64,000 bases of DNA from Clostridia bacterium (lineage in GTDB: Bacteria > Bacillota > Clostridia > UMGS1883), in NCBI GenBank assembly GCA_045661145.1, contig JAZRFC010000081.1, positions 7,338 to 71,337 of the forward strand, written 5' to 3'. Below the pieces are notes generated by a model, which made no database searches, was not told where the DNA came from, and saw only the letters and a program-made list of their open reading frames with translations. The position numbers and the translations under genes were made by a program. Positions 32,334 to 40,550 of the stretch are shown here, one piece after another (positions within the stretch are counted from its first letter, which is position 1; the number at the start of each line of letters is the position of its first letter).

Positions 32334-32878
32334 TGGACTTTTCAGAAAAGACAGTAAAGCAGGAATATATATTTAAAGGCGAGGTAATAAACCTCCGCGT
32401 AGATACAGTAACTACCCCCGGAGGAAATACCGCCACCCGTGAACTCGTAGAGCATCCCGGCGGAGTGTGTGTAGTGCCCCTTTTTGATGACGGTACAGTT
32501 ATGATGGAGTGGCAGTATCGCCGTCCTTTTGATACAAACACCTTTGAAATCCCTGCAGGCAAGCTCCATTACGGAGAGGACCCGTTGGAGTGTGGAAAAA
32601 GAGAGCTTGAAGAGGAAACGGGCTACTGTGCAAGAAATTATATTTCTCTCGGTAAGATGTATCCCACCCCCGGTTTTTGTTATGAGGTGGTTCATATGTA
32701 CCTTGCAACCGACCTTTATGAGGGCAGTATAAACCGTGACGAGGACGAATTTATGGAGCTTGAGCGAGTTCCCTTGGAAACCCTTGTGGAAAAGGCATTA
32801 AATGGTGAAATTGTTGATGCAAAAACCTGCCTTGCTCTCCTCAAGGTGAATGAGATGAAAAACAGAGGAATGATCTGA
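32333..32878 (+). CDS. NUDIX hydrolase (ADP-ribose pyrophosphatase-like)
   Basis: Nudix box GKLHYGEDPLECGKRELEEETGY. Confidence 0.85.
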   Translation: MDFSEKTVKQEYIFKGEVINLRVDTVTTPGGNTATRELVEHPGGVCVVPLFDDGTVMMEWQYRRPFDTNTFEIPAGKLHYGEDPLECGKRELEEETGYCARNYISLGKMYPTPGFCYEVVHMYLATDLYEGSINRDEDEFMELERVPLETLVEKALNGEIVDAKTCLALLKVNEMKNRGMI

Positions 32879-34170
32879 TGAAAGTTGCATTTTATGCGTT
32901 GGGCTGTAAGGTCAATCAGTATGAAATAGACTGCTATGCGAAAAAATTCAGCGAAATAGGGTGGGAGATAGGCTCTTTCACCGAAAAGTGTGATGCCTAT
33001 GTTATAAACACCTGCGCCGTTACCAATATCGGTGAGAGGAAATCGAGGCAGATTATCCGCCGTGCCAAAAAGCAAAACCCCGATGCCATTGTTGCTGTGA
33101 CGGGCTGTTATGCCCAGACCAAGGCAGAGGAAGTCAAGAGAATGGCGGAGGCAGACGTAGTCCTCGGAACAAGCAACCGGGGAAGAATTGCGGAAATTGT
33201 AACGGCAAAGCTCCGCGGTGAGGATATTGACCTTCTGGCCGACATTATGAAAGAGAGAATGTACGAGGAGCTTGAGTGCGAGGGAAAGCTGGAACGTACC
33301 CGTGCCTACATAAAAATTCAGGACGGATGTAACAATTTCTGTTCCTACTGCATTATTCCCTATGCGAGAGGACCCGTGCGTTCAAGAAAAATTGAAAATG
33401 TGGTAAACGAAGCAAAAAGGCTCGTTAGTTTAGGCTTTTCCGAGGTTGTGCTGACAGGAATCAGCGTTGCCTCCTACGGCAGGGATTTTAAGGACGGAAC
33501 AACCCTCAAAACAGTTATTGAAGCGGTGTGTCGTGTGAACGGTATTCAGCGAGTACGACTCAGCAGTATTTCCCCCACGCTGTTTGATGATGATTTTATT
33601 TCCTTTGTTTCAGGGGAGAAAAAGATGTGCAGGCATTTCCATATCTCTTTGCAATCGGGAAGCACCACCGTTCTTAAGCGGATGAACAGAAAATACACGG
33701 CAGACGAGTATCTTGATACTCTTGAAAGAATCAGGCAAAAGATGCCCGATAGCGGTATAACCACTGATATTATCTGTGGTTTCCCCGAAGAAACGGAGGA
33801 AGAATTTACTGAAACTCTGGAATTTGTGAAAAAGGCACGCTTTTTGAAGGTGCACGTTTTCCCCTATTCCGAGAGAAGCGGAACAGTAGCCGCCGAGATG
33901 CCCCAAGTTCCCCATTCGGTAAGGGAAGAGCGTGCGGCAAGGCTTATAAAACTGACTGAAAAAATTGCAGAGGATGTAGAAAATTCTTTTATAGGAAGTG
34001 AAGCGGAGGTCCTTTTTGAGCAGACAGACGGTGAATATGCAGAGGGACTTACGGGAAATTATCTCCGCATATACGTTAAAGGCGGGGAAGAACTGACAGG
34101 AAAAATCAAAAAGGTAAAAATAGCACGTAAAGAACACGGAATTTTGTTTGGCGAAATACGCTCTGTTTGA
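32878..34170 (+). CDS. mtaB: tRNA t6A37 methylthiotransferase MtaB (radical SAM)
   Basis: 430 aa. UPF0004 N-domain (GCKVNQYE), radical-SAM CNNFCSYCIIP, TRAM-like C-terminus. Confidence 0.85.
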   Translation: MKVAFYALGCKVNQYEIDCYAKKFSEIGWEIGSFTEKCDAYVINTCAVTNIGERKSRQIIRRAKKQNPDAIVAVTGCYAQTKAEEVKRMAEADVVLGTSNRGRIAEIVTAKLRGEDIDLLADIMKERMYEELECEGKLERTRAYIKIQDGCNNFCSYCIIPYARGPVRSRKIENVVNEAKRLVSLGFSEVVLTGISVASYGRDFKDGTTLKTVIEAVCRVNGIQRVRLSSISPTLFDDDFISFVSGEKKMCRHFHISLQSGSTTVLKRMNRKYTADEYLDTLERIRQKMPDSGITTDIICGFPEETEEEFTETLEFVKKARFLKVHVFPYSERSGTVAAEMPQVPHSVREERAARLIKLTEKIAEDVENSFIGSEAEVLFEQTDGEYAEGLTGNYLRIYVKGGEELTGKIKKVKIARKEHGILFGEIRSV

Positions 34171-34247
34171 CACAGAGCGTATTTTTTCTTTTAAACCACT
34201 TTACAAATCCCCGAAAAAGCTATACAATAGTGTATTATGGAGGGAGT

Positions 34248-34601
34248 ATGCACAATATGAGAAAAGGTGATATTGCTTTAATTATAGTAGCCGTGATTTT
34301 TCTTGTATTGTGGCTTATCCCCAGACCTATGGGCGGTATGGTCACAATATCGCTGAACGGTGAAGTTTACAGAGAGGTTTCGCTTGCTGAAAACTGTGAA
34401 ATTGCAGTTGTGTCAGAGTTTGGGAAAAATACTGTGGTAATAGAAAACGGTAAAGTTTTCGTAACTCATTCTGATTGCCCCGATGGACTTTGTGAAAAAC
34501 AAAAAATCAGCAAAAGCGGAGAGAGTATAGTTTGTCTGCCAAACCGATTAAGTGTGACCATAGAGGGTAAAAACAAAAAAGAAGTTGATGTAATCCTATG
34601 A
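34248..34601 (+). CDS. NusG domain II-containing membrane-anchored protein
   Basis: N-terminal TM helix followed by a small beta-rich domain with CPDGLC. Usual partner of the following Gx transporter gene. Start is 34248 or 34257. Confidence 0.55.
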   Translation: MHNMRKGDIALIIVAVIFLVLWLIPRPMGGMVTISLNGEVYREVSLAENCEIAVVSEFGKNTVVIENGKVFVTHSDCPDGLCEKQKISKSGESIVCLPNRLSVTIEGKNKKEVDVIL

Positions 34602-35092
34602 TAAATACAAGGAAGATAGCAAAGCTTGCAGCATTTATTGCTGTGGCGGTAATCCTCGGCTATGTGGAAAGCCTTTTTCCGCCTATTGCAGCAGGGGTAA
34701 AGCTGGGTATTGCAAATACAGTTATTATAACCGTACTTTTTGTCTGGGGTACAAAAGAAGCCTGGACAGTGTCAATCCTTAAAGTGGTTTTGTGTATGAC
34801 TCTTTTCGGCAGTGTGACATCCTTTATATACAGCCTGTCAGGTGCAATCCTCAGCCTTTCGGTAATGATTATTGCGAAAAGGAGCAAGCTCTTTTCAATT
34901 GTCAGCGTAAGCGGAATGGGAGGGCTATGCCATAATCTTGCGCAGTTTATCTGTGCATATATAATAATCGGTAAGGGCGTGATTTTTTATTTGCCCGTGC
35001 TGTGCCTTTCAGGAATTCTCTGCGGAGTGCTGACGGGAATTGCCGCACAGCTTATTGTTAAAAGAGGGAGGGAGATTTTTGGCAAAGAATGA
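34598..35092 (+). CDS. Gx transporter family membrane protein (heptaprenyl diphosphate synthase component I-like)
   Basis: 164 aa, about 5 TM segments, ATGA overlap with the upstream gene. Confidence 0.55.
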   Translation: MINTRKIAKLAAFIAVAVILGYVESLFPPIAAGVKLGIANTVIITVLFVWGTKEAWTVSILKVVLCMTLFGSVTSFIYSLSGAILSLSVMIIAKRSKLFSIVSVSGMGGLCHNLAQFICAYIIIGKGVIFYLPVLCLSGILCGVLTGIAAQLIVKRGREIFGKE

Positions 35093-36242
35093 CTACCTTA
35101 AATTATCAGACGAAAAAGTAAAAGAAATCGGGAACAAGCTGAATCTCCCCGTAAAGCAGGTAAAAAGACGGGTGGAGGAAAGGGATAAAGCCAATCTTTG
35201 GCGGCCTTGCTACATCCGTGATATTGAGAAAATTCTGCATCATCCGTACTACAACAGATACACCGACAAAACCCAGGTGTTCTCTTTCTACAAGGATGAC
35301 GACATAACCCGCCGTGCACTTCACGTACAGCTTGTGTCACGAATCGCGAAAAATATCGGCAGACTCTTAGGACTTGACCTTGACCTTATAGAAGCGATTG
35401 CATTAGGTCACGATATGGGACATACCCCATTCGGCCACGCAGGGGAAAGCCTTTTGAACGAGATTTACCACAACCGTACGGGCAGGTTTTTTAATCACAA
35501 TGTCCACAGCGTGAGGGTGCTTGACAAAATCTTTAACCTCAATATCAGCCTTGATACATTGGACGGAATACTCTGCCACAACGGTGAGCTGGAGCTTCAG
35601 GAATACAGACCGTCTGTTCTCAGCGGATTTTCCGAGTTTGACGAAAAGGTGGAGGGATGCTACCTCTCCCGTGAGAATATAAAAAAGCTTATACCCTCAA
35701 CGCTCGAGGGTTGCGTGGTTCGTGTAAGCGACATCATTGCCTATATCGGAAAGGATAGGCAGGATGCAGAGAGGGCAGGCTTGTCAGGTATTTATAAGGG
35801 CAGTGATAACTCTTATATGATAAATAACTTTGTGATAAACATTGTAGAAAACAGCTTTGGCAAGGATTATATAAAAATGGACGAGGAATATTTCCAAGCC
35901 CTCAAAAAAGCCAAGAGTGATAACTACGAAAATATTTATCTGTCACAGAGTGTAAAAGAGCAGTACGACAAATCTCTGAAGCCGATGTTTGAGATGCTTT
36001 ATGAAAAACTGATTTCTCAGATTGGGGACAAGCAGAGCCTTGTTCACAGACATCATATTGACTATGTTAACACACGCAGGGGATATTACCAGATACAGGT
36101 TGGCTATCTGGAAGAAAATACTCCTGACGAAATTGTAACAGACTATATTGCATCAATGACGGATGACTATTTTATTGATATTTGTAATTATTTATTACCC
36201 GATGCACCTACTGTAAATTATATAGGATACTTCGAAAAATAA
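35079..36242 (+). CDS. HD-domain phosphohydrolase (dGTPase-like)
   Basis: GHDMGHTPFGH HD motif. TTG at 35079 sits 5 nt after GAGGGAGGGAG and overlaps the end of the upstream gene. Confidence 0.75.
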   Translation: MAKNDYLKLSDEKVKEIGNKLNLPVKQVKRRVEERDKANLWRPCYIRDIEKILHHPYYNRYTDKTQVFSFYKDDDITRRALHVQLVSRIAKNIGRLLGLDLDLIEAIALGHDMGHTPFGHAGESLLNEIYHNRTGRFFNHNVHSVRVLDKIFNLNISLDTLDGILCHNGELELQEYRPSVLSGFSEFDEKVEGCYLSRENIKKLIPSTLEGCVVRVSDIIAYIGKDRQDAERAGLSGIYKGSDNSYMINNFVINIVENSFGKDYIKMDEEYFQALKKAKSDNYENIYLSQSVKEQYDKSLKPMFEMLYEKLISQIGDKQSLVHRHHIDYVNTRRGYYQIQVGYLEENTPDEIVTDYIASMTDDYFIDICNYLLPDAPTVNYIGYFEK

Positions 36243-36257
36243 GAAAGGAATATAACT

Positions 36258-37904
36258 ATGGACAACAAAAAAATGGCGGAGCTACTGCTTCCCGGAATTG
36301 ACAAAACTCCCGAATATTACGAAAACCTTTACCCCGAGAGAAACCTCCCCGAGGGTGCAAAGGTTACTCGTCTGGGCCCCAGTCCCACGGGATTTATACA
36401 CCTGGGAAACCTTTTCGGTGCAATTACCGACGAGCGTCTTGCACACCTTTCCGACGGTGTATTCTATCTTCGTATAGAGGACACCGACAACAAGCGTGAG
36501 GTTGAGGGTGCAGTTGATGTTGTTATAAACACTCTCCGTTATTTCGGTGTTGAATTTGACGAGGGTGCAACAAGCGACGGTGAAAAAGGTAATTACGGTC
36601 CCTACCGTCAGCGTCAGCGTGCGGAAATTTATCAGACATTTGCAAAGTGGCTCATCGAAAGAGGTATGGCATACCCCTGCTTCTGCACAGAGGACGAGCT
36701 TTCCGCAATGCGTGAAAAACAGACAGAACTTAAGGAAAACTTCGGTTATTACGGAAAATGGGCTGTTCACAGAAATATTACCGTAGAGGAAGCGGAGAAA
36801 AATATAAAAGAGGGCAAGCCTTATGTAATTCGTTTCCGCGCCCCCGAAAATACAGGAAAAACATTTACCATTGATGACGGTATCCGCGGAGAACTCACAA
36901 TGCCCGAAAACGAGCAGGATGTAGTAATCTTAAAGTCCGACGGTATCCCCACATATCACTTTGCTCACGTTGTTGATGACCACCTGATGAAGACCACCCA
37001 CGTTGTCCGTGGCGAGGAATGGCTTGCAACACTTCCCATCCACGTTCAGCTTTTCCAGGCTATGGGTTGGAAAGCTCCAATCTACTGTCATACAGCACAG
37101 CTTATGAAGATAGATGGCGGCGTGAAGCGTAAACTCAGCAAGCGTAAGGACCCCGAGCTTTCTCTTGACTACTACAAGAGTGAGGGCTATCTTCCCGGTG
37201 CAGTATGGGAATACCTTATGACCGTACTTAACTCCAACTATGAGCAGTGGAGAATGGACAACCCCGAAAAGGACGTAAAAGAGTTCGAGTTTACTACCAA
37301 GAAAATGGGAGTAAGCGGTTCTCTCTTTGACATAGATAAGCTTAATGATGTAAGCAAGAACTACCTTGCAACGCTTGATTCTGAAACTGTATATAACTAT
37401 ATAACAGAATGGGCGAAGGAATGTGACGAAGAGTATTACAATCTTCTTACACGTGACAAAGAATTCTCTCTCGGCATGATTGCAATCGGCAGAGGCGGAG
37501 AAAAGCCCAGAAAGGACATCAGCCATTGGAAGCAGTCCAAGGATTTTTACAGCTTTTTCTTTGACGAACTTTTCAGGATGGAAGACTCTTTCCCCGAAAA
37601 TGTTTCGGAAGAAGACAGAAAGGCTATTCTTACGAAATATATGGAAACCTACGACCACAGCGATGATCAGCAAACATGGTTCTCCAAGGTAAGAGCATTG
37701 GGAGAAGAGCTTGGTTACGCTCCCCAGCCAAAGCTTTATAAGAAAAACCCCGAAAGCTACAAGGGGCACGTTGGAGATGTCAGCGGTATTATTCGTGTAG
37801 CAATTACGGGAAGAACAAACTCTCCCGACATCTGGTGTATACAGCAGGTGCTTGGCGAAGAACGCTCCATGGAGAGGATAAGAAAGGCTTATGAGCAGAA
37901 ATAA
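36258..37904 (+). CDS. gltX: glutamate--tRNA ligase
   Basis: Class I motifs PSPTGFIHLGN (HIGH) and KLSKRK (KMSKS). Confidence 0.85.
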   Translation: MDNKKMAELLLPGIDKTPEYYENLYPERNLPEGAKVTRLGPSPTGFIHLGNLFGAITDERLAHLSDGVFYLRIEDTDNKREVEGAVDVVINTLRYFGVEFDEGATSDGEKGNYGPYRQRQRAEIYQTFAKWLIERGMAYPCFCTEDELSAMREKQTELKENFGYYGKWAVHRNITVEEAEKNIKEGKPYVIRFRAPENTGKTFTIDDGIRGELTMPENEQDVVILKSDGIPTYHFAHVVDDHLMKTTHVVRGEEWLATLPIHVQLFQAMGWKAPIYCHTAQLMKIDGGVKRKLSKRKDPELSLDYYKSEGYLPGAVWEYLMTVLNSNYEQWRMDNPEKDVKEFEFTTKKMGVSGSLFDIDKLNDVSKNYLATLDSETVYNYITEWAKECDEEYYNLLTRDKEFSLGMIAIGRGGEKPRKDISHWKQSKDFYSFFFDELFRMEDSFPENVSEEDRKAILTKYMETYDHSDDQQTWFSKVRALGEELGYAPQPKLYKKNPESYKGHVGDVSGIIRVAITGRTNSPDIWCIQQVLGEERSMERIRKAYEQK

Positions 37905-39021
37905 AAAACTGATTACACTTTTATCTGTGATAGTCTGTGCCGTAGCGATCCTTGTCTATGTTGTCGCTTTTACGGGAAAGGACAGCGAGGTTAAAACCAT
38001 AGCCCAAAAGGAACCCGAGAAGATTTCTGTAACAATAAAGGCGGTTGGAGATAATCTTATACATTCACCCATATTCAAAGCCTGCAGGACAGAGGACGGA
38101 TTTAACTTCGACGGCTTATATACCCATATAACTCCTTATATTGCAGATGCCGACATAGCAGTAATAAATCAGGAAACAATTTTCGTGGACGAAACTCAGA
38201 CCTTCACGGGCTATCCGGCTTTCGGAACACCCACTGAGGTGGGAGAAAGCGTTGCTACTGCAGGATTTAACGTGGTTACTCACGCGACAAATCATACTTA
38301 TGACCGTGGGTACAATGCGATGATGCATACGATGAATTTCTGGAAACAGTATGAACATATTACCGTTTTAGGTATTCACGAATCCCCCGAAAAACAGCAG
38401 GAAATAACCGTGTGGGAAAAAGACGGCCTTAAAATTGCAATGCTTAATTTCACCTATGGACTTAACGGGTACAGACTCCCTGCGGACAAGCCCTATCTTG
38501 TAAATCTGCTTGACCGCGGTGAGGGAAATGCTGACCTTTTAAGACGGGCGGAGGAGATTGCCGATATTACGGTGGTGTTTGTGCATTTCGGTACGGAGTA
38601 TACCCACAATCCCACCAGAGAACAGAAGAGAGATGTTGAATTTCTAACAGAAAACGGTGCCGATGTAATTATCGGAGGGCATCCCCACGTAATACAGCCT
38701 GTTGCGGAGCATACTTCCGAAAACGCTAACAAGTCGGTTGTTTTTTACTCGCTTGGGAATTTTCTTTCCAACCAAAGCGGAACAGACAAAATATTGGGCG
38801 GTATGGCATCAGTGACCATATCAAAGGAAAACGGTGAAACCTTTGTGGAAAGCTATGAAATGCTTCCCACCGTTACACACGCAGAGAGTGGACTGTATAC
38901 GGCATATATGCTCAACGACTACACTGATGACCTTGCAAAAAAACACAGACGATGCCCGGGACTTACCGTGGAAAAGATACAGACACTTTACGATAAGGTT
39001 ATGGCAATAGAAGTATATTGA
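37891..39021 (+). CDS. CapA family (poly-gamma-glutamate/metallophosphatase-like) membrane-anchored protein
   Basis: N-terminal TM segment; AVGDNLIH, HATNHTYD and GGHPHVIQP motifs. Confidence 0.8.
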   Translation: MSRNKKLITLLSVIVCAVAILVYVVAFTGKDSEVKTIAQKEPEKISVTIKAVGDNLIHSPIFKACRTEDGFNFDGLYTHITPYIADADIAVINQETIFVDETQTFTGYPAFGTPTEVGESVATAGFNVVTHATNHTYDRGYNAMMHTMNFWKQYEHITVLGIHESPEKQQEITVWEKDGLKIAMLNFTYGLNGYRLPADKPYLVNLLDRGEGNADLLRRAEEIADITVVFVHFGTEYTHNPTREQKRDVEFLTENGADVIIGGHPHVIQPVAEHTSENANKSVVFYSLGNFLSNQSGTDKILGGMASVTISKENGETFVESYEMLPTVTHAESGLYTAYMLNDYTDDLAKKHRRCPGLTVEKIQTLYDKVMAIEVY

Positions 39022-39024
39022 AAC

Positions 39025-39065
39025 AAAAAATGGATTAAGACAAAGTTTGTCTTAATCCATTTTTT
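39025..39065. terminator. bidirectional terminator separating capA from the repressor gene
   Basis: AAAAAATGGATTAAGAC...GTCTTAATCCATTTTTT. Confidence 0.8.
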
Positions 39066-39067
39066 GT

Positions 39068-39664
39068 TTATAAAGTCGTATGGCACGCAACTGCTTTACC
39101 AAGAATCCGTATATTTTTACATTGTTTTTTTGTATATACCATTGGTTTGTATTTTGGGTTTTCGGAAATAAGAGTAACGGCATCATCGGAGATGTACACT
39201 CTTTTAAGTGTTGCTTCATCTTCTACCAGAACGGCAGCGATTTCACCGTCATCAACAGATTCCTGTTTGCGGATAAAAACTATATCCCCGTCTTTTATTC
39301 CTGCACCTATCATAGAGTCCCCCCTGACTCTTAAACAAAAGTCTGCCCGTGTATCATTTATCGGGGAGAAATATTCGCAATCTTCCGTTGCAAGTATGGG
39401 CTGACCTGCCGCAATTTTACCGAGTAATGGTAGTTTTTCGGTATTTGCAGAGCTTTCTAGATAGTCTTCCCAGCCCATAAGGTAGGCGGGGGAGCAATTA
39501 AATATTCTTGCCATCTCAAGCACTGTTGCCTGCTTGAGATTTTTTATTTCTCCGCTTTCATATCTTTGTGCGGTTGCCTCACGGACACCTAAAGCGGTTG
39601 CAACCTCTAAAAGTGTCATACCTGAGTCAAGACGGCATTTTTTTATTCTTTCATGTAATTTCAT
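39068..39664 (-). CDS. CI-like repressor: XRE HTH N-domain + S24 (LexA/CI-type) self-cleaving peptidase C-domain
   Basis: 198 aa. HTH MTLLEVATALGVREATAQRYESG. S24 motifs GDSM (catalytic Ser) and a later lysine context (ATLKRV). Possible AG cleavage site in KIAAGQP. Divergent from the phage late genes. Confidence 0.85.
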   Translation of the reverse strand: MKLHERIKKCRLDSGMTLLEVATALGVREATAQRYESGEIKNLKQATVLEMARIFNCSPAYLMGWEDYLESSANTEKLPLLGKIAAGQPILATEDCEYFSPINDTRADFCLRVRGDSMIGAGIKDGDIVFIRKQESVDDGEIAAVLVEDEATLKRVYISDDAVTLISENPKYKPMVYTKKQCKNIRILGKAVACHTTL

Positions 39665-39710
39665 AATAATTAGTCCTTTCGAAATGCTATTTTTAAGGGC
39701 TTCTGATGTT

Positions 39711-39739
39711 ATTATAACAGTAACTTACGTAAAAAGCAA
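39711..39739 (-). promoter_or_regulatory. leftward promoter of the repressor gene
   Basis: On the minus strand: TTGCTT, 17 nt spacer, TATAAT. Operator copy 1 lies inside the spacer. Confidence 0.55.
39723..39736. promoter_or_regulatory. operator copy 1 (ACTTACGTAAAAAG; palindromic core TTACGTAA)
   Basis: First of three copies of the same 12-14 nt motif within 92 bp. Confidence 0.6.
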
Positions 39740-39754
39740 GAAAAAATTTAAAAA

Positions 39755-39768
39755 ACTTACGTAAAAAG
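39755..39768. promoter_or_regulatory. operator copy 2 (ACTTACGTAAAAAG)
   Basis: Identical 14-mer that abuts the -35 of the rightward promoter. Confidence 0.6.
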
Positions 39769-39770
39769 TA

Positions 39771-39799
39771 TTGACAATCGACAAACACCCGATTATACT
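39771..39799 (+). promoter_or_regulatory. rightward (late/lytic) promoter
   Basis: TTGACA (39771-39776), 17 nt spacer, TATACT (39794-39799). Confidence 0.6.
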
Positions 39800-39800
39800 G

Positions 39801-39814
39801 ACTTACGTAAAACG
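39801..39814. promoter_or_regulatory. operator copy 3 (ACTTACGTAAAACG, part of the palindrome CTTACGTAAAACGTAAG)
   Basis: Lies directly after the -10, at the expected transcription start. Confidence 0.6.
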
Positions 39815-39856
39815 TAAGGATAATAGAAACAGCTTACATGAAAGGAAAGATAAAAA

Positions 39857-40105
39857 ATGAAGTATTACGGAAAATTTTGTATAGTATGCGGCAGGAGAAT
39901 TCCCGAACTTTCCTTAAGACGACGTACCTGCAGTGAATTTTGCCGTTCCCGTTACAAATGCGGATATGCTCCGTATAAAAACTATAAGTCATTGCCTTAT
40001 GATGATTTAACTTCCATTCAGGAGGAGGCACAGAAAATGGGAATGAGCTACGGAAAATATATGGCTATGAAATACAGGAAGGAGGGTGAAAACCTATGCC
40101 GATGA
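39857..40105 (+). CDS. small zinc-ribbon protein (CxxC...CxxxC), function unknown
   Basis: 82 aa. CIVCGRR...CSEFC followed by a basic helical tail (MSYGKYMAMKYRKEG). First gene after the rightward promoter, with a good SD. Confidence 0.6.
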   Translation: MKYYGKFCIVCGRRIPELSLRRRTCSEFCRSRYKCGYAPYKNYKSLPYDDLTSIQEEAQKMGMSYGKYMAMKYRKEGENLCR

Positions 40106-40296
40106 TGATGCAATGCCCTTTTTATAAAAGGGACAACTACCTTAAGCTTTATTGCGAGGGAGGAACATTAAAATTCCCCGATGCAAGTGCAAGGAGTGAG
40201 TATGTTTTGGGATACTGTGCAAACAGCTACAATTGGCGAAAATGTCCCATCGCCCATTGCCTTGAAAATTACTATTTCAGAAAGGAAGAAAAGTAA
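40096..40296 (+). CDS. small cysteine-rich protein, function unknown
   Basis: 66 aa with 5 Cys (CPFY..YCEGG..YCANS..KCPIAHC); overlaps its neighbours. Confidence 0.55.
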   Translation: MPMMMQCPFYKRDNYLKLYCEGGTLKFPDASARSEYVLGYCANSYNWRKCPIAHCLENYYFRKEEK

Positions 40297-40550
40297 TGGA
40301 ATATAAAAAGGAAATTGACCGCCGCGACAAAAAGATTGAGAATCTAAAAAAGGAAATAAAGCTACGTGAAGAAGAAATAGAGGCAATGCATCAGCTTCTC
40401 GACTGTGCGGCAGCAAATCTTATGCTTGCGATCAAAGAAAAAACAGTAAAAATCTCAAAAAAAGAGGTAAGTGAGGCTCTGGGAAAATTCCATCTTCGTG
40501 CAAAGGATGACGGAAACGGAAATTACCTGCTGGAGATACTTGAAGAATGA
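40296..40550 (+). CDS. small coiled-coil protein, function unknown
   Basis: 84 aa, charged heptad-like N-terminus. TAATG and ATGA overlaps with the flanking genes. Confidence 0.55.
   Translation: MEYKKEIDRRDKKIENLKKEIKLREEEIEAMHQLLDCAAANLMLAIKEKTVKISKKEVSEALGKFHLRAKDDGNGNYLLEILEE

Noticed and set aside
39025-39070. attL or a direct repeat of tRNA-Lys at the left end of the phage-like cluster.
   Set aside because: The 46-bp gap holds only a terminator palindrome. By eye I found no match to the tRNA-Lys 3' end, TGGTGCGCCATCAGGGACTCGAACC. An exhaustive computational repeat search is still needed.
39068-39664. Host SOS repressor LexA.
   Set aside because: The C-terminal S24 peptidase domain fits LexA. 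However, the N-terminus is an XRE-type HTH (MTLLEVATALGV..QRYESG), not the LexA winged-helix domain. The gene is also divergently paired with three operators and the phage late promoter, so it is called a CI-like phage repressor.
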